Source: Alphaproteobacteria bacterium | GTDB taxonomy: Bacteria > Pseudomonadota > Alphaproteobacteria > Rs-D84 | Reading direction: 5' to 3' | Assembly: GCA_017450905.1 (NCBI GenBank) | Contig: JAFSST010000050.1 | Location: 1-55,314 of the forward strand | DNA: 55,314 nucleotides | In this document: positions 27,714 through 37,353 of the stretch, piece by piece | How positions within the stretch are numbered: the stretch's first letter is position 1 | How the letters are laid out: every line of letters starts with the position of its first letter | Translations under genes and position numbers: made by a program | Notes under the pieces: model-generated | What the model was told of the DNA's origin: nothing | Database searches by the model: none | What the model saw: the letters and a program-made list of their open reading frames with translations, nothing else

Positions 27714-28546
27714 GCAAACTAAAACGTATCGCAGCCATTACTATGGCACGTGATGATGAATTTTTCTTGTCAAAATGGATTGAATACTATGGTCGCGAAC
27801 TGGGGGCTGAAAATTTATACATCATATTGGATGGACACGACCAAAAATCCCCAAAAAACGCCGGTAATGCCCACATACAAAAAACACCCCACATAAATAT
27901 GTCACGTGCGGCGGGTGATAAATTCAGAATAAACAAACTGTCTGAATTGGCCGCCGAATTGTTAAAGACATACAATATTGTTATCGGGTGTGATTCTGAT
28001 GAATTTTTAATTGTGGACCCACTTACAAAAAAATCGTTGGCCGAATACCTGGGTGAAACAAAAATCAAAACTTCTGTATCGGGGTTGGGTTTTGACATCG
28101 GTCAGAATATGAATTGCGAATCAAAATTAAATAAAAATCAACCTATGTTGGAACAACGCGGTTTCGCCCTGCTCTCTACACGCTATACCAAGCCGGTTGT
28201 TATAAACAAACCTGTTTCCTGGGGCAGTGGATTCCACAGTATTCGGCATCATAATTTTCACATTGATAAAAATTTATATCTGTTACATTTTGGTGCGGTT
28301 GATATGAATATGTTAAAAACCAAGGCAAAAAAACGTGGTCCTGATTGGATTAACCATTTGGAACGCCGTGGCAACGGGACAATAAACGCCGTTACCAACA
28401 AAAAGGCACGTGGTGAAAAATGGTTGAAAATCGCACGCATATTGCAACAAATTTTCCGCCCGATATACGCACTGGACAAACCAGGAATGTTTGGAATAAA
28501 ATGGGTTGTAAAAATACCAACACGATTCAAGAAATCAGGGATATAA
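27710..28546 (+). CDS. glycosyltransferase family 2-like protein (Glyco_tranf_2_4 type)
   Basis: IAAITMARDDEFFLSKWIEYYGRELGAENLYIILDGHDQ and CDSDEFL (DxD-like). 4-nt overlap (ATGA) with the upstream gene. Confidence 0.6.
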   Translation: MSKLKRIAAITMARDDEFFLSKWIEYYGRELGAENLYIILDGHDQKSPKNAGNAHIQKTPHINMSRAAGDKFRINKLSELAAELLKTYNIVIGCDSDEFLIVDPLTKKSLAEYLGETKIKTSVSGLGFDIGQNMNCESKLNKNQPMLEQRGFALLSTRYTKPVVINKPVSWGSGFHSIRHHNFHIDKNLYLLHFGAVDMNMLKTKAKKRGPDWINHLERRGNGTINAVTNKKARGEKWLKIARILQQIFRPIYALDKPGMFGIKWVVKIPTRFKKSGI

Positions 28547-28551
28547 ATTTT

Positions 28552-29478
28552 TTATAATTTGATATCTTCCAAAAAACATATTCTTTTATGTGCCTGTGAT
28601 AATTTCTTGTTTTTATAAATTTGTTTATGATTTTTTGCCAGTTCCATAATCAGTTTATAATTTCTTGATATTCTTTTCAAATCCCCAATCAACAAAGCAA
28701 AAAATAATTTAATAAATAATTTTCTATAAAATCCGAACAATATAAATTTACCATCATTGTTTGGATTTGATAATTCTTGCAACATATACCTATAATTTGT
28801 TTTAAATTTATCGGTAAAAAATTTATTTTTTGAACGAGGGTTTTCCCTGTAATGAAAAGCCTTAACAGATGGAACAACACCTATTTTTTTACCATAAAAA
28901 TGTATCCTGTCTGCATAATTATTATCTTCACCATAATGAAAGAAAGATGGCGAAAAACCACCCACATCTTCTATACATTTTTTAGATAAACACCATAAAG
29001 CGGCATTGCAAAAATTAACCTCGTAAATATCTTTATCTGGATTATTATTAATAAAATCTATAATCCCACTATTGCTAAGATTTTTTTCAAACAAAGAATC
29101 TATATTTTTATTTTTGTTATAATGTATCGGAGACAAACAATAATACTCTGGATGTTCATCTTGAATTTTGCATAATTTGTATAAAGATTTTATATCTATT
29201 TCGGCATCTTGGTTCAACAAAAATATATGTTCAAAACCGTTGTTATACGCCCACCTTATTCCGATATTATTTGCACGCCCAAACCCCAGATTTTCACCCA
29301 TTTCAAATAACTTAACAAAATTATATTTCTTTTTGATAATTTTGACCGTTTTGTCGTTTGACATATTATCCACGACAACAACCGCCATATCTTTTGGTAA
29401 TTTAACAAAAGGTTTTAAACAAACATCCAGCCATTTTTCAGCATTATATGTTACAATAACGATACAGCATTTTTTCAT
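28552..29478 (-). CDS. glycosyltransferase family 2 (rhamnosyltransferase-like)
   Basis: CCIVIVTYNAEKWLDVCL, VVVVDNMSNDKT, GFGRANNIG and LNQDAE. Confidence 0.8.
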   Translation of the reverse strand: MKKCCIVIVTYNAEKWLDVCLKPFVKLPKDMAVVVVDNMSNDKTVKIIKKKYNFVKLFEMGENLGFGRANNIGIRWAYNNGFEHIFLLNQDAEIDIKSLYKLCKIQDEHPEYYCLSPIHYNKNKNIDSLFEKNLSNSGIIDFINNNPDKDIYEVNFCNAALWCLSKKCIEDVGGFSPSFFHYGEDNNYADRIHFYGKKIGVVPSVKAFHYRENPRSKNKFFTDKFKTNYRYMLQELSNPNNDGKFILFGFYRKLFIKLFFALLIGDLKRISRNYKLIMELAKNHKQIYKNKKLSQAHKRICFLEDIKL

Positions 29479-30482
29479 AATTCAAACTCACTTTTATTAG
29501 GAAATCTATTTTTTAAAAAACTTGCATTATGCTCTAATACATCTTTACCAGATTTATTAGAATCATTTATACATACTATAACAGAATGTTTGACAGATTT
29601 CTTTGAAACCTTTGCATCTTCACAAAACAACGGGGAATGACGAACCCCATAAAAATGCAATGTATTGTATATAAAATCTGTTATATGATTTGATTTATAT
29701 GGATGACAGTGATGCATTGTGGCACGATTATTTACATAATCATAAATGTTGAATATCCATCTGGACACACATTTTTCAGACCTAAATTTTAATTTAATCA
29801 AATTATCCAATACCGGTTTTATTTTTTCATTATTACGACATTCTATCATTGATGATTTTATATACGGGTCTATACCATGCGATGGACGACCGATATAAAA
29901 TGTTTTTCCGCAAGCTTTTTTTACTAAGACTGCGGCATTTATAAGTGTTTTTGTAAATTCGTCTACGGATGATTTCCATTTATCAATATCGCGATTATAA
30001 TCCCGATGTTTGTTATACAGAACACGTGCACGACCATGCTTATCATAAAAAAATGATGGTTTTATTTTTTTATTAAAAATTGTATCATCGTCCGCTATTA
30101 AAAAATGTTCAGACAAACCAGGAATGTTTGATAAACACATATCAATAGATGTTGATGAAAACACCGGCAAAACACCCTTTGGGAAAATAACATCATGTGG
30201 GACAATCGTGATTTTTGGATGTTTTGTGTTTAACCATTTTGGAATCTGGTTGAAACCCGTAACAATATAAATATGATTTACCCATGGTGCATTTTCTGCA
30301 ACGGAACGTAATGAATACATTAATTCATTATTATCTCGAAAACGTTCCTTGGCACCGGCACCACGATAAGTATTTTTTTTATTAAACTCTTTTTCAAACC
30401 AGTATTTTTTTTGTTTCTGCCATTTGACATCATTACCATCAACCCATTTATAAACAACATCTATTGGAAACGCCATCTTCAT
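29475..30482 (-). CDS. Stealth family capsular polysaccharide hexose-1-phosphate transferase
   Basis: Stealth conserved regions: CR1 IDVVYKWVDGND, CR2 RFRDNNELMYSLRSVAENAPWVNHIYIVT...PKWL, and CR3 LPVFSSTSIDMCLSNIPGLSEHFLIADDD. Confidence 0.85.
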   Translation of the reverse strand: MKMAFPIDVVYKWVDGNDVKWQKQKKYWFEKEFNKKNTYRGAGAKERFRDNNELMYSLRSVAENAPWVNHIYIVTGFNQIPKWLNTKHPKITIVPHDVIFPKGVLPVFSSTSIDMCLSNIPGLSEHFLIADDDTIFNKKIKPSFFYDKHGRARVLYNKHRDYNRDIDKWKSSVDEFTKTLINAAVLVKKACGKTFYIGRPSHGIDPYIKSSMIECRNNEKIKPVLDNLIKLKFRSEKCVSRWIFNIYDYVNNRATMHHCHPYKSNHITDFIYNTLHFYGVRHSPLFCEDAKVSKKSVKHSVIVCINDSNKSGKDVLEHNASFLKNRFPNKSEFEL

Positions 30483-30535
30483 TACTTTCTCCTGGATTTT
30501 CTAGTATAATTTCATTTCTTCATGTTACACGGGTT

Positions 30536-31564
30536 TTAATTTTCTGTAATAAATTTATAAATTTTTTCACGTAATTCATACCATTCGTTTGGCACGTTGT
30601 CAAAAACACCTATGTTTTTCATTTCTGTAAATTCATTACGTGCCTGGGTTATTTCATCGTCTGTCTTTAAGTATTTTAATTTACGAAAAGCCCAATTAAC
30701 AAAAAACCACATAAACTGACTTTGCCATTTTTTCATCTGGTCATCATCAGCATGGGCCGCATATAATTTATATGCACTTTTTATCCCTGTGCATAAACTT
30801 TTCATTATACGCAATTGCTTTGCAGACAGCACAATTCCGCCAAAATTAGGAATATAATAATACAACGGCAATGGAACAACCGTCACCCGTGGTCGTTTCA
30901 ACATAACCGCGGACCACCACGGGAAATCTTCAAATAAAATCCCCTTGATAAAAGGCACATCTTGAATCAATGATTTTTTATAAAGATTTTTCCAAACATG
31001 ACAATGTTTAATCAGCCATTTACGATTCGGATTGGTTTTGTTGTGCGTACGTTCAGTCGCTAATTCAAAAACATCATCCGTGGTTCTGGTTTTTATTTTA
31101 TTTACATCATATTTTTTCTTTATACCAAATGGCGTTACATTATCTGTATCCAGGTGTAAAACATGACGCACCATCAGCCGCGGCCTGTAAATTCTGTCAT
31201 ACGTAAAAGAAACTATATCAGATTTATTTTTAATCGCCGTATTGTATGCGATTTCCATCGTTTGCGGATGAATAAAATCATCACTGTCCAGAAACATTAT
31301 ATATTGTCCGGTCGCATGCGGCATACCATAATTTCGTGCATCAGACAAACCACCATTTTCCTTGTGAACAACGATAAATCTTTTATCTTTTTTGGCGTAT
31401 TCCTCTGCTATTTCGCCGGATTTATCGGGACTGCCGTCATCAACACAAATTGCCTGCCACTGTTTGAAAGTTTGATTTTGGACACTGTCCAGACAACGCC
31501 GCAGATATTTTTCAACATTATACATTGGGATTATAATAGATATCTTTGGTTGCATCAATTTCAC
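30536..31564 (-). CDS. glycosyltransferase family 2
   Basis: ISIIIPMYNVEKYLRRCLDSVQNQTF, ICVDDGSPDKSGEI and FLDSDDF. Confidence 0.85.
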   Translation of the reverse strand: MKLMQPKISIIIPMYNVEKYLRRCLDSVQNQTFKQWQAICVDDGSPDKSGEIAEEYAKKDKRFIVVHKENGGLSDARNYGMPHATGQYIMFLDSDDFIHPQTMEIAYNTAIKNKSDIVSFTYDRIYRPRLMVRHVLHLDTDNVTPFGIKKKYDVNKIKTRTTDDVFELATERTHNKTNPNRKWLIKHCHVWKNLYKKSLIQDVPFIKGILFEDFPWWSAVMLKRPRVTVVPLPLYYYIPNFGGIVLSAKQLRIMKSLCTGIKSAYKLYAAHADDDQMKKWQSQFMWFFVNWAFRKLKYLKTDDEITQARNEFTEMKNIGVFDNVPNEWYELREKIYKFITEN

Positions 31565-31568
31565 CTTT

Positions 31569-32456
31569 TTACATTTTGGTTATAGCCTCGGCAAATGTTC
31601 CGGCCAATGGCGCATCGGCATAAGCACACTTTTGAAAGAAAGCATCAGCAGTCAATTTTTTAAACAATTTTGCATCATACGGCTTGTGTTTATATGTATG
31701 CCACAACGCGTGTGTTGGGTCCTGGTCGATATGAGGCATTTCAGCAAAATACTTTTTTGCACGCTCATCATTTTCAACCAATGTTTTAAACAGCAATTGG
31801 TGCATAAAATAATCAAAACTGTGATTTTCGTGCATCCAGTAATCCAATATCATTGCACGCCACGCCGCCAACAAATACGCACCCTTTCTGCTGCGTATAA
31901 AACAATTTTGCATATACGAATATCTTTGTCCGACATTACCAACCATATAAACAAAAAAATCTAAATCGATAATCCAATCCGGAATTGGTTTGGTTACAAA
32001 CGCCGTTGAATCCAACCATATTCCGCCATGTTCATACAGTAATTCCACCCGAACAATATCCGCAAAATGTGCCCGCCTTATTTTTCCGGCACGATATTTT
32101 TCGATGATTTCGTGCGGCAAATTAACATACTGGTCAAAATTATTATCATCCAACACGACCAATTCTTGTTTGCAATGCCTTCTGATACTGCGATAACAAG
32201 CCTTTACCAAATCTGGGGCATTCTCTTCGCCCTGCTGCCACATTGTAAAGATTTTTTCATTTGCGTCATTTTTTATAACCGGGACTTCTTGCACCTTGGC
32301 AGCCGCAGGCAAATAACGTTTAAAATACCGCACGGCAACATCAGAAAACACATCGCATCGCACGGCACTACGCACCGCACGTGGCCGCCACAGCCAATTT
32401 AAGATATGTGCCCGCACCACGATTTGTGTTAATGCCCACGCACGCGATATGTTCAT
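31569..32456 (-). CDS. capsular polysaccharide synthesis protein family / DXD-motif glycosyltransferase
   Basis: IFTMWQQGEENAPDLVKAC, LDDNNFDQY and RAHFADIVRVELLYEHGGIWLDST resemble the Caps_synth and Gly_transf_sug patterns. Confidence 0.6.
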   Translation of the reverse strand: MNISRAWALTQIVVRAHILNWLWRPRAVRSAVRCDVFSDVAVRYFKRYLPAAAKVQEVPVIKNDANEKIFTMWQQGEENAPDLVKACYRSIRRHCKQELVVLDDNNFDQYVNLPHEIIEKYRAGKIRRAHFADIVRVELLYEHGGIWLDSTAFVTKPIPDWIIDLDFFVYMVGNVGQRYSYMQNCFIRSRKGAYLLAAWRAMILDYWMHENHSFDYFMHQLLFKTLVENDERAKKYFAEMPHIDQDPTHALWHTYKHKPYDAKLFKKLTADAFFQKCAYADAPLAGTFAEAITKM

Positions 32457-32476
32457 CTGTCTGCCTCTTGGTTTTT

Positions 32477-33556
32477 TTATTCTTCAACCGGTTCAGTTGA
32501 TGAATCTTCATCATCAATCGGGCCAGTCGTCATTTCTTCGGCAATACCGTTTGCACGTGCCATAATTTTATCTAACAACTCTTGCTGTGCCTCGGGGTGG
32601 TCTTTTAACCACGCACGGGCGTTTGCCTCGCCCTGACCTATGCGTTCGTTGTTGTATGAATAGAAACTGCCGGCTTTATCAATAAAGTCATATTTGACAC
32701 CCATATCCAGAATTTCACTTATACGCGAAATACCTTCGCCATACATAATTTTGAAATCAACCGTCCGGAACGGTGGGGCAACCTTGTTTTTAACGATTTT
32801 AACTCGCGTTTCGTTTCCAATGATGTTTTCTTTGTCCTTAATCTGACCAGTACGGCGAATATCCAAACGAACAGATGCGTAAAACTTCAACGCATTTCCA
32901 CCACTGGTGGTTTCAGGATTACCGAACATAACACCAATTTTCATACGAATTTGGTTGATGAAAATCAATAACGTATTACTACGCGAAACACTGCCCGCCA
33001 ATTTTTTCAACGATTGACTCATCAAACGAGCCGTTGTTCCAACGAAACTGTCGCCGATGTTACCTTCCAATTCAGCACGCGGAACCAATGCCGCAACCGA
33101 ATCAATAACAACAACGTCAACCGCCCCAGACTTAATCAACGTATCAGCGATTTCCAACGCCTGTTCACCGGAATCTGGTTGGGAAATAATAAGATTCGCA
33201 ACATCAACACCCAATTTTTTTGCATAACTGGGGTCTAACGCGTTTTCGGCATCAATATACGCACACGTCCCGCCTTTTTTTTGTGCTTCGGCCACGGCGT
33301 GTAACGCCAACGTTGTTTTACCAGAACTTTCCGGACCATAAATTTCAACAATTCGTCCACGTGGATAGCCGCCGATTCCCAACGCAATATCCAACCCCAA
33401 CGACCCAGATGAAATCGCTTCGATGTTTTGTTGGCTGCCATCACCCATTTTCATAATGGCTTCTTTGCCAAATTGTTTTTGAATTTGTGCCAATGCCGAT
33501 TCCAATGCAGGATTCTTGGCCGATGTGGCATTATTTGCAACTTCTTTCTTTGCCAT
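32477..33556 (-). CDS. recA: recombinase RecA
   Basis: Walker [14 protein letters not shown]1/L2 regions, [38 protein letters not shown], and an acidic C-terminal tail. Confidence 0.95.
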   Translation of the reverse strand: MAKKEVANNATSAKNPALESALAQIQKQFGKEAIMKMGDGSQQNIEAISSGSLGLDIALGIGGYPRGRIVEIYGPESSGKTTLALHAVAEAQKKGGTCAYIDAENALDPSYAKKLGVDVANLIISQPDSGEQALEIADTLIKSGAVDVVVIDSVAALVPRAELEGNIGDSFVGTTARLMSQSLKKLAGSVSRSNTLLIFINQIRMKIGVMFGNPETTSGGNALKFYASVRLDIRRTGQIKDKENIIGNETRVKIVKNKVAPPFRTVDFKIMYGEGISRISEILDMGVKYDFIDKAGSFYSYNNERIGQGEANARAWLKDHPEAQQELLDKIMARANGIAEEMTTGPIDDEDSSTEPVEE

Positions 33557-33571
33557 AACTTACCCCTTTTC

Positions 33572-33612
33572 TTCTTGCAAGAAATGATACAAAGAAAAAG
33601 CACGCCATGCAA
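33572..33612 (-). promoter_or_regulatory. recA promoter (TTGCAT-17 nt-TATCAT) with an abutting 12-bp perfect palindrome TTCTTGCAAGAA
   Basis: Minus-strand -35 at 33612-33607, -10 at 33589-33584, and palindrome at 33583-33572, which covers the predicted transcription start. The Shine-Dalgarno AAGGGGT follows. Confidence 0.45.
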
Positions 33613-34797
33613 TCACTTTTTAGCAATCAAAATCGATACAGAAATTATACAAATCGTGGCTGTAACCAACCAAACTGCGGCCGTTGTTCCGAACGCGGTA
33701 ATACACGCCGCCGCCGCCACAGGCACAATAAATTTTGGTAAATTACTGCTGCTTCTGAAAACACCGTAAAATTTAACCTGTTGGGATTTTTTCGTATTAT
33801 CAAAAAACAACAAATCATGAACAGGTTCCATCAATGCCCCTGATATTTGCCACAAAACAAATATCGCCAACAATGGAAATCCGGTCGCAAACGTTGCCCA
33901 TATTGAAAAAGCCGCAAAAGAACCAAACCCCAAAATCATCCATATTTTTTTACCATACCTCATAACTAAACGTCCCATAAATTCCGACAGCAACAAATAT
34001 GGAATTATTCCCAACGTCAAAATCAACCCAAGTGTGTCTTTTGAAAAACCGTTTTCAATAATAACTATCGGGACATACAGATGTCGCATCGCACTTAACG
34101 AATAAAAACCAAAGTTTATTGCGTATGCACGCAACATTCCGGGTGTTTTGAAAAAAGCCGCCGTATTTTTCCACAAAGATTTAACCGTTTTTCGTGGATT
34201 AACCGGTTTTATTTGCTTGTCTTCCTGGGTCAGACCCATATATTTGAAAAACATCCAGGCCGCCAAATAAATTGCCGCAGACAAGAAAAACGCAGACCTG
34301 TTATCAAAACGACTTGCCACGGCCACGGCTATCATTGGTGCAAATAACGCCCCAACATTTACCCATAAATGATATCGCGAATTTAATTTCGCCATACCGA
34401 TATTTTCTGAAAAATCGGACATAAACAGCGGTATTAACATCGCGGTCAGGGTTATTGCAAAACCACTGGTATAATCCAACGCGATAAACGTACTGGGCTG
34501 AATTGAAAAACCCATCATCGCGTAACATGTGGCTAACATTAATAATCCAAAATAAAACACACGCACCTTGGAAAATTGGCGAAAAATTTCATTTGCAAAC
34601 AACGCAACAATCATACAAAACAATGAATAAATCGAAACATAAATACCAACAATTGCGGAATTTCTAAAAATTTCCAAAATCACCAATGAATAAACCGCGT
34701 TATAAATCCCATCTGCAAAGCCAGTAAACAACCCCATATTTGCAAATGAAAACCCATTTACCGAACGCCGCATAGAAAGATATTTGTCTTTTGCCAT
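33613..34797 (-). CDS. MFS-type transporter
   Basis: About 12 hydrophobic helices. The ATG at 34797 (MAKDKYLS...) is chosen because the track extension to 34878 would run through the secB terminator hairpin. Confidence 0.6.
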   Translation of the reverse strand: MAKDKYLSMRRSVNGFSFANMGLFTGFADGIYNAVYSLVILEIFRNSAIVGIYVSIYSLFCMIVALFANEIFRQFSKVRVFYFGLLMLATCYAMMGFSIQPSTFIALDYTSGFAITLTAMLIPLFMSDFSENIGMAKLNSRYHLWVNVGALFAPMIAVAVASRFDNRSAFFLSAAIYLAAWMFFKYMGLTQEDKQIKPVNPRKTVKSLWKNTAAFFKTPGMLRAYAINFGFYSLSAMRHLYVPIVIIENGFSKDTLGLILTLGIIPYLLLSEFMGRLVMRYGKKIWMILGFGSFAAFSIWATFATGFPLLAIFVLWQISGALMEPVHDLLFFDNTKKSQQVKFYGVFRSSSNLPKFIVPVAAAACITAFGTTAAVWLVTATICIISVSILIAKK

Positions 34798-34863
34798 TAT
34801 CGTTTTCCTTGTGTCCAAACTCTCTGTATGATACCACAAAAAAGAACAAATGGCAAAAGACAT

Positions 34864-34893
34864 AAAAAAACGCACCAAACGGTGCGTTTTTTT
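34864..34893 (-). terminator. rho-independent terminator after secB
   Basis: AAAAAAACGCACC-AAAC-GGTGCGTTTTTTTTT: a 7-bp stem with an AAAC loop and runs on both sides. Confidence 0.7.
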
Positions 34894-35334
34894 TTATTTT
34901 GATTCTGTTTTTTGTTGCTGACGCTGTTCATACAGGGCGGTAAAATCAACCTGTTGCATCGCGAACGGTGGGAATCCGGATTCAGCCGTCAAACGAGTAA
35001 TCAACCCACGAACCGCCGGGAACAACAATGTTGGGACATCAATCAACAATGTGCGTCTTTTGGCTTCTTCGTCTTTTTCTTCGTCCAATTGCACCAAACC
35101 AGTATATGTTGATTCAATCAAAAAGATTGTTTTGGTATTATCTTTCAATTTAGAATGAACTTTGACATTCAAATCAACCATAAACAAGTTGTTTTCCGAA
35201 CCTTTTACTGGAATATCAATGTTAATTTCTAATTCTGCTTGACCATTGTCTTGTTTAAAAAACAATTCTGGGACATTTGGACTCTCAAACGATATATCTT
35301 TTAAAAACTGTTGTATCAAATTAAACTTTGCCAT
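34894..35334 (-). CDS. secB: protein-export chaperone SecB
   Basis: The ATG at 35334 gives MAKFNLIQQFLKDISFESPNVPELF, the typical SecB N-terminus, preceded by GGAG. The track ORF extends to 35424. Confidence 0.85.
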   Translation of the reverse strand: MAKFNLIQQFLKDISFESPNVPELFFKQDNGQAELEINIDIPVKGSENNLFMVDLNVKVHSKLKDNTKTIFLIESTYTGLVQLDEEKDEEAKRRTLLIDVPTLLFPAVRGLITRLTAESGFPPFAMQQVDFTALYEQRQQQKTESK

Positions 35335-35415
35335 TGCGATTGCTCCTTTTTTTATGACTCGTTTTATGATAATATAACACCATAGGGAAATTTTACAAGT
35401 GGGAGATTTAATAAA

Positions 35416-36522
35416 ATGAAACATTTTTCTTACAGTGCTTTATTACATGGGGTTATGGCGGGAATATGCGGCATTGTTCTTTGTTCTTGCGATGTGTCAA
35501 CACCGACACACACGGGCGACAATTCAATTACCCCATCATCAAATATGAAACGGGTTTCTTATTCTGAATTGCCGGGTTGGGACCAGGATGATGTTCGTTA
35601 CGCCCTGCAAGCGTTCAGAAATTCATGCAAGGCAAACATTCAATACAAGGGTCGCGTTATCCCAGACCGTGAATTATTCCAAGAAAAATGCAATATGTTG
35701 CCCAGTGCCAGTGCCGATAATGCGACCGTTCGTGCATGGTTTGAATCTAATTTTCAACCATACAAAATATATAACGACAATGGGACCGACAAGGGAACCT
35801 ATACCGGATATTATTCGCCGGTAATACCGGGGTGCAAAACCCAAACAGCCGAATGCAACGAACCGTTGATGGGCATTCCGACCGATGGACGCAATTTCAA
35901 GGGCGTTACAAAAAAACAAATTGTTGAAAATAAAATTGGTCGCGTTCTGTATTGGGCAAACATTGTTGATGTTCAAAATATCCAAATCCAGGGCAGCGGT
36001 ATGTTAAAATTGCCTGATGGCAAATTGGTAAAGTTAAATTTTGCCGCCGTAAACGATATGCCATTTAAATCCATTGGTGAACAATTACGCAATCGCGGAA
36101 TCAAGCCGGACGGCGGATATTCGGCCGATGCGGTTTGGACACATTTAAAGAAAAATCCTAAATTGGCCAAAGAGGTCATATACAACAATCCACGATATGT
36201 GTATTTCTATGAATCTGTCCCACCGGATGTGATTGGGAAATTGGGAACACCTTTATCAAAAATACGCAGTATTGCGATGGATGATTCTATTTATACATTG
36301 GGATTGCCGGTTTATATTGACACCAACCTGTCAAACGGTCAAAAATTCAGACGGCTGATGATTGCCCAAGATACAGGCAGTGCGATACGCGGGTGGATAC
36401 GTGCCGACATATTCTTTGGCAAGGGTGACGAAGCCTATCAATATGCCCACGGTCAACACGCCCAGGGAACAATGTATATGTTGATGCCCAAGGAATACAC
36501 TTATGTCAAACCCCGAAAATAA
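35416..36522 (+). CDS. mltA: membrane-bound lytic murein transglycosylase A
   Basis: Lipoprotein-like N-terminus (GIVLCSC). MltA and 3D domains with AQDTGSAIRGWIRADIFFGKG. Confidence 0.85.
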   Translation: MKHFSYSALLHGVMAGICGIVLCSCDVSTPTHTGDNSITPSSNMKRVSYSELPGWDQDDVRYALQAFRNSCKANIQYKGRVIPDRELFQEKCNMLPSASADNATVRAWFESNFQPYKIYNDNGTDKGTYTGYYSPVIPGCKTQTAECNEPLMGIPTDGRNFKGVTKKQIVENKIGRVLYWANIVDVQNIQIQGSGMLKLPDGKLVKLNFAAVNDMPFKSIGEQLRNRGIKPDGGYSADAVWTHLKKNPKLAKEVIYNNPRYVYFYESVPPDVIGKLGTPLSKIRSIAMDDSIYTLGLPVYIDTNLSNGQKFRRLMIAQDTGSAIRGWIRADIFFGKGDEAYQYAHGQHAQGTMYMLMPKEYTYVKPRK

Positions 36523-36832
36523 GTTTACTAAACGCCTTGAACGCCCCCAAACACTTGCAGGGGCGTTTGGCGGATTGATGAAAATTTTTGGTGTCCGTGC
36601 ATCTGATTCTGATTTGGTTGCACGGTGGCCGGAAATTATTGGACCGGAAATCGCATCATTGGCCGGAATTTGTGCAATAAAAAAAACGCGAAACAATAAA
36701 TACAACATTGTTCTGCGTCCGATAAATCCCGCATTTGCATTACAATTGTCATATCAAACGGACGAAATAAAAAAACAAATCAATAAATACTTTGGATATG
36801 ATGCCGTTGAAAAAATAAGTTTCAGGAGGTAA
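36503..36832 (+). CDS. DUF721 domain protein (DciA-like)
   Basis: 109 aa. LVARWPEIIGPEIA...LRPINPAFALQLSYQTDEIKKQINKYFG fits the DUF721 pattern. 20-nt overlap with mltA. Confidence 0.65.
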   Translation: MSNPENKFTKRLERPQTLAGAFGGLMKIFGVRASDSDLVARWPEIIGPEIASLAGICAIKKTRNNKYNIVLRPINPAFALQLSYQTDEIKKQINKYFGYDAVEKISFRR

Positions 36833-36836
36833 CAAT

Positions 36837-37313
36837 ATGCGTGTTTTGGGCATAGACCCCGGGCTTTTACATACAGGTTGGTCAATCGTTGACAGCAACG
36901 GAAGTGAAAGAAAATATATCGCCAGTGGCGTTATTCTACCCAAAAAGACCGCACCTTTGCCCGAAAGATTGGCGACCATATTTAATGGAATTTCTGAAAT
37001 TTGTGAAAATTTTACCCCTGATGTTTGCAGTATTGAAATTATATTCGTAAACGAAAATCCTAAAACAACATTATTGTTGGGACACGCACGGGCGGCGGCC
37101 ATGGTTGCGGTTTCAACACACGATATTGAAATTTTTGAATACGAACCAAACACTATAAAAAAGGCATTAACAGGTGGTGGACATGCCGACAAATCGGCAA
37201 TCGACCGAATGGTTCGGATATTATTACCGGCGGCAAACCCAAAAACACCAGATGAAAGCGATGCCATCGCAATCGCATTAACACATACAAATATATCACG
37301 ATTTATAAAATGA
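36837..37313 (+). CDS. ruvC: crossover junction endodeoxyribonuclease RuvC
   Basis: RVLGIDPGLLHTGW, EIIFVNENPKTTLLLGHARA and DESDAIAIALTH catalytic acidic residues. Confidence 0.9.
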   Translation: MRVLGIDPGLLHTGWSIVDSNGSERKYIASGVILPKKTAPLPERLATIFNGISEICENFTPDVCSIEIIFVNENPKTTLLLGHARAAAMVAVSTHDIEIFEYEPNTIKKALTGGGHADKSAIDRMVRILLPAANPKTPDESDAIAIALTHTNISRFIK

Positions 37314-37336
37314 AAAACCGGCTGTTCGCCGGTTTT
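37313..37336. terminator. bidirectional rho-independent terminator (ruvC / yebC)
   Basis: AAAAACCGGC-TGTTC-GCCGGTTTT, between convergent genes. Confidence 0.65.
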
Positions 37337-37353
37337 ACACTAACCACTAACTA

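Noticed and set aside
33557-33612. LexA/SOS box upstream of recA
   Set aside because: The region contains no GTTC-N7-GTTC (alpha type), no CTGT-N8-ACAG and no GAAC-N4-GTTC. Only the unrelated TTCTTGCAAGAA palindrome is present, and it is reported separately.
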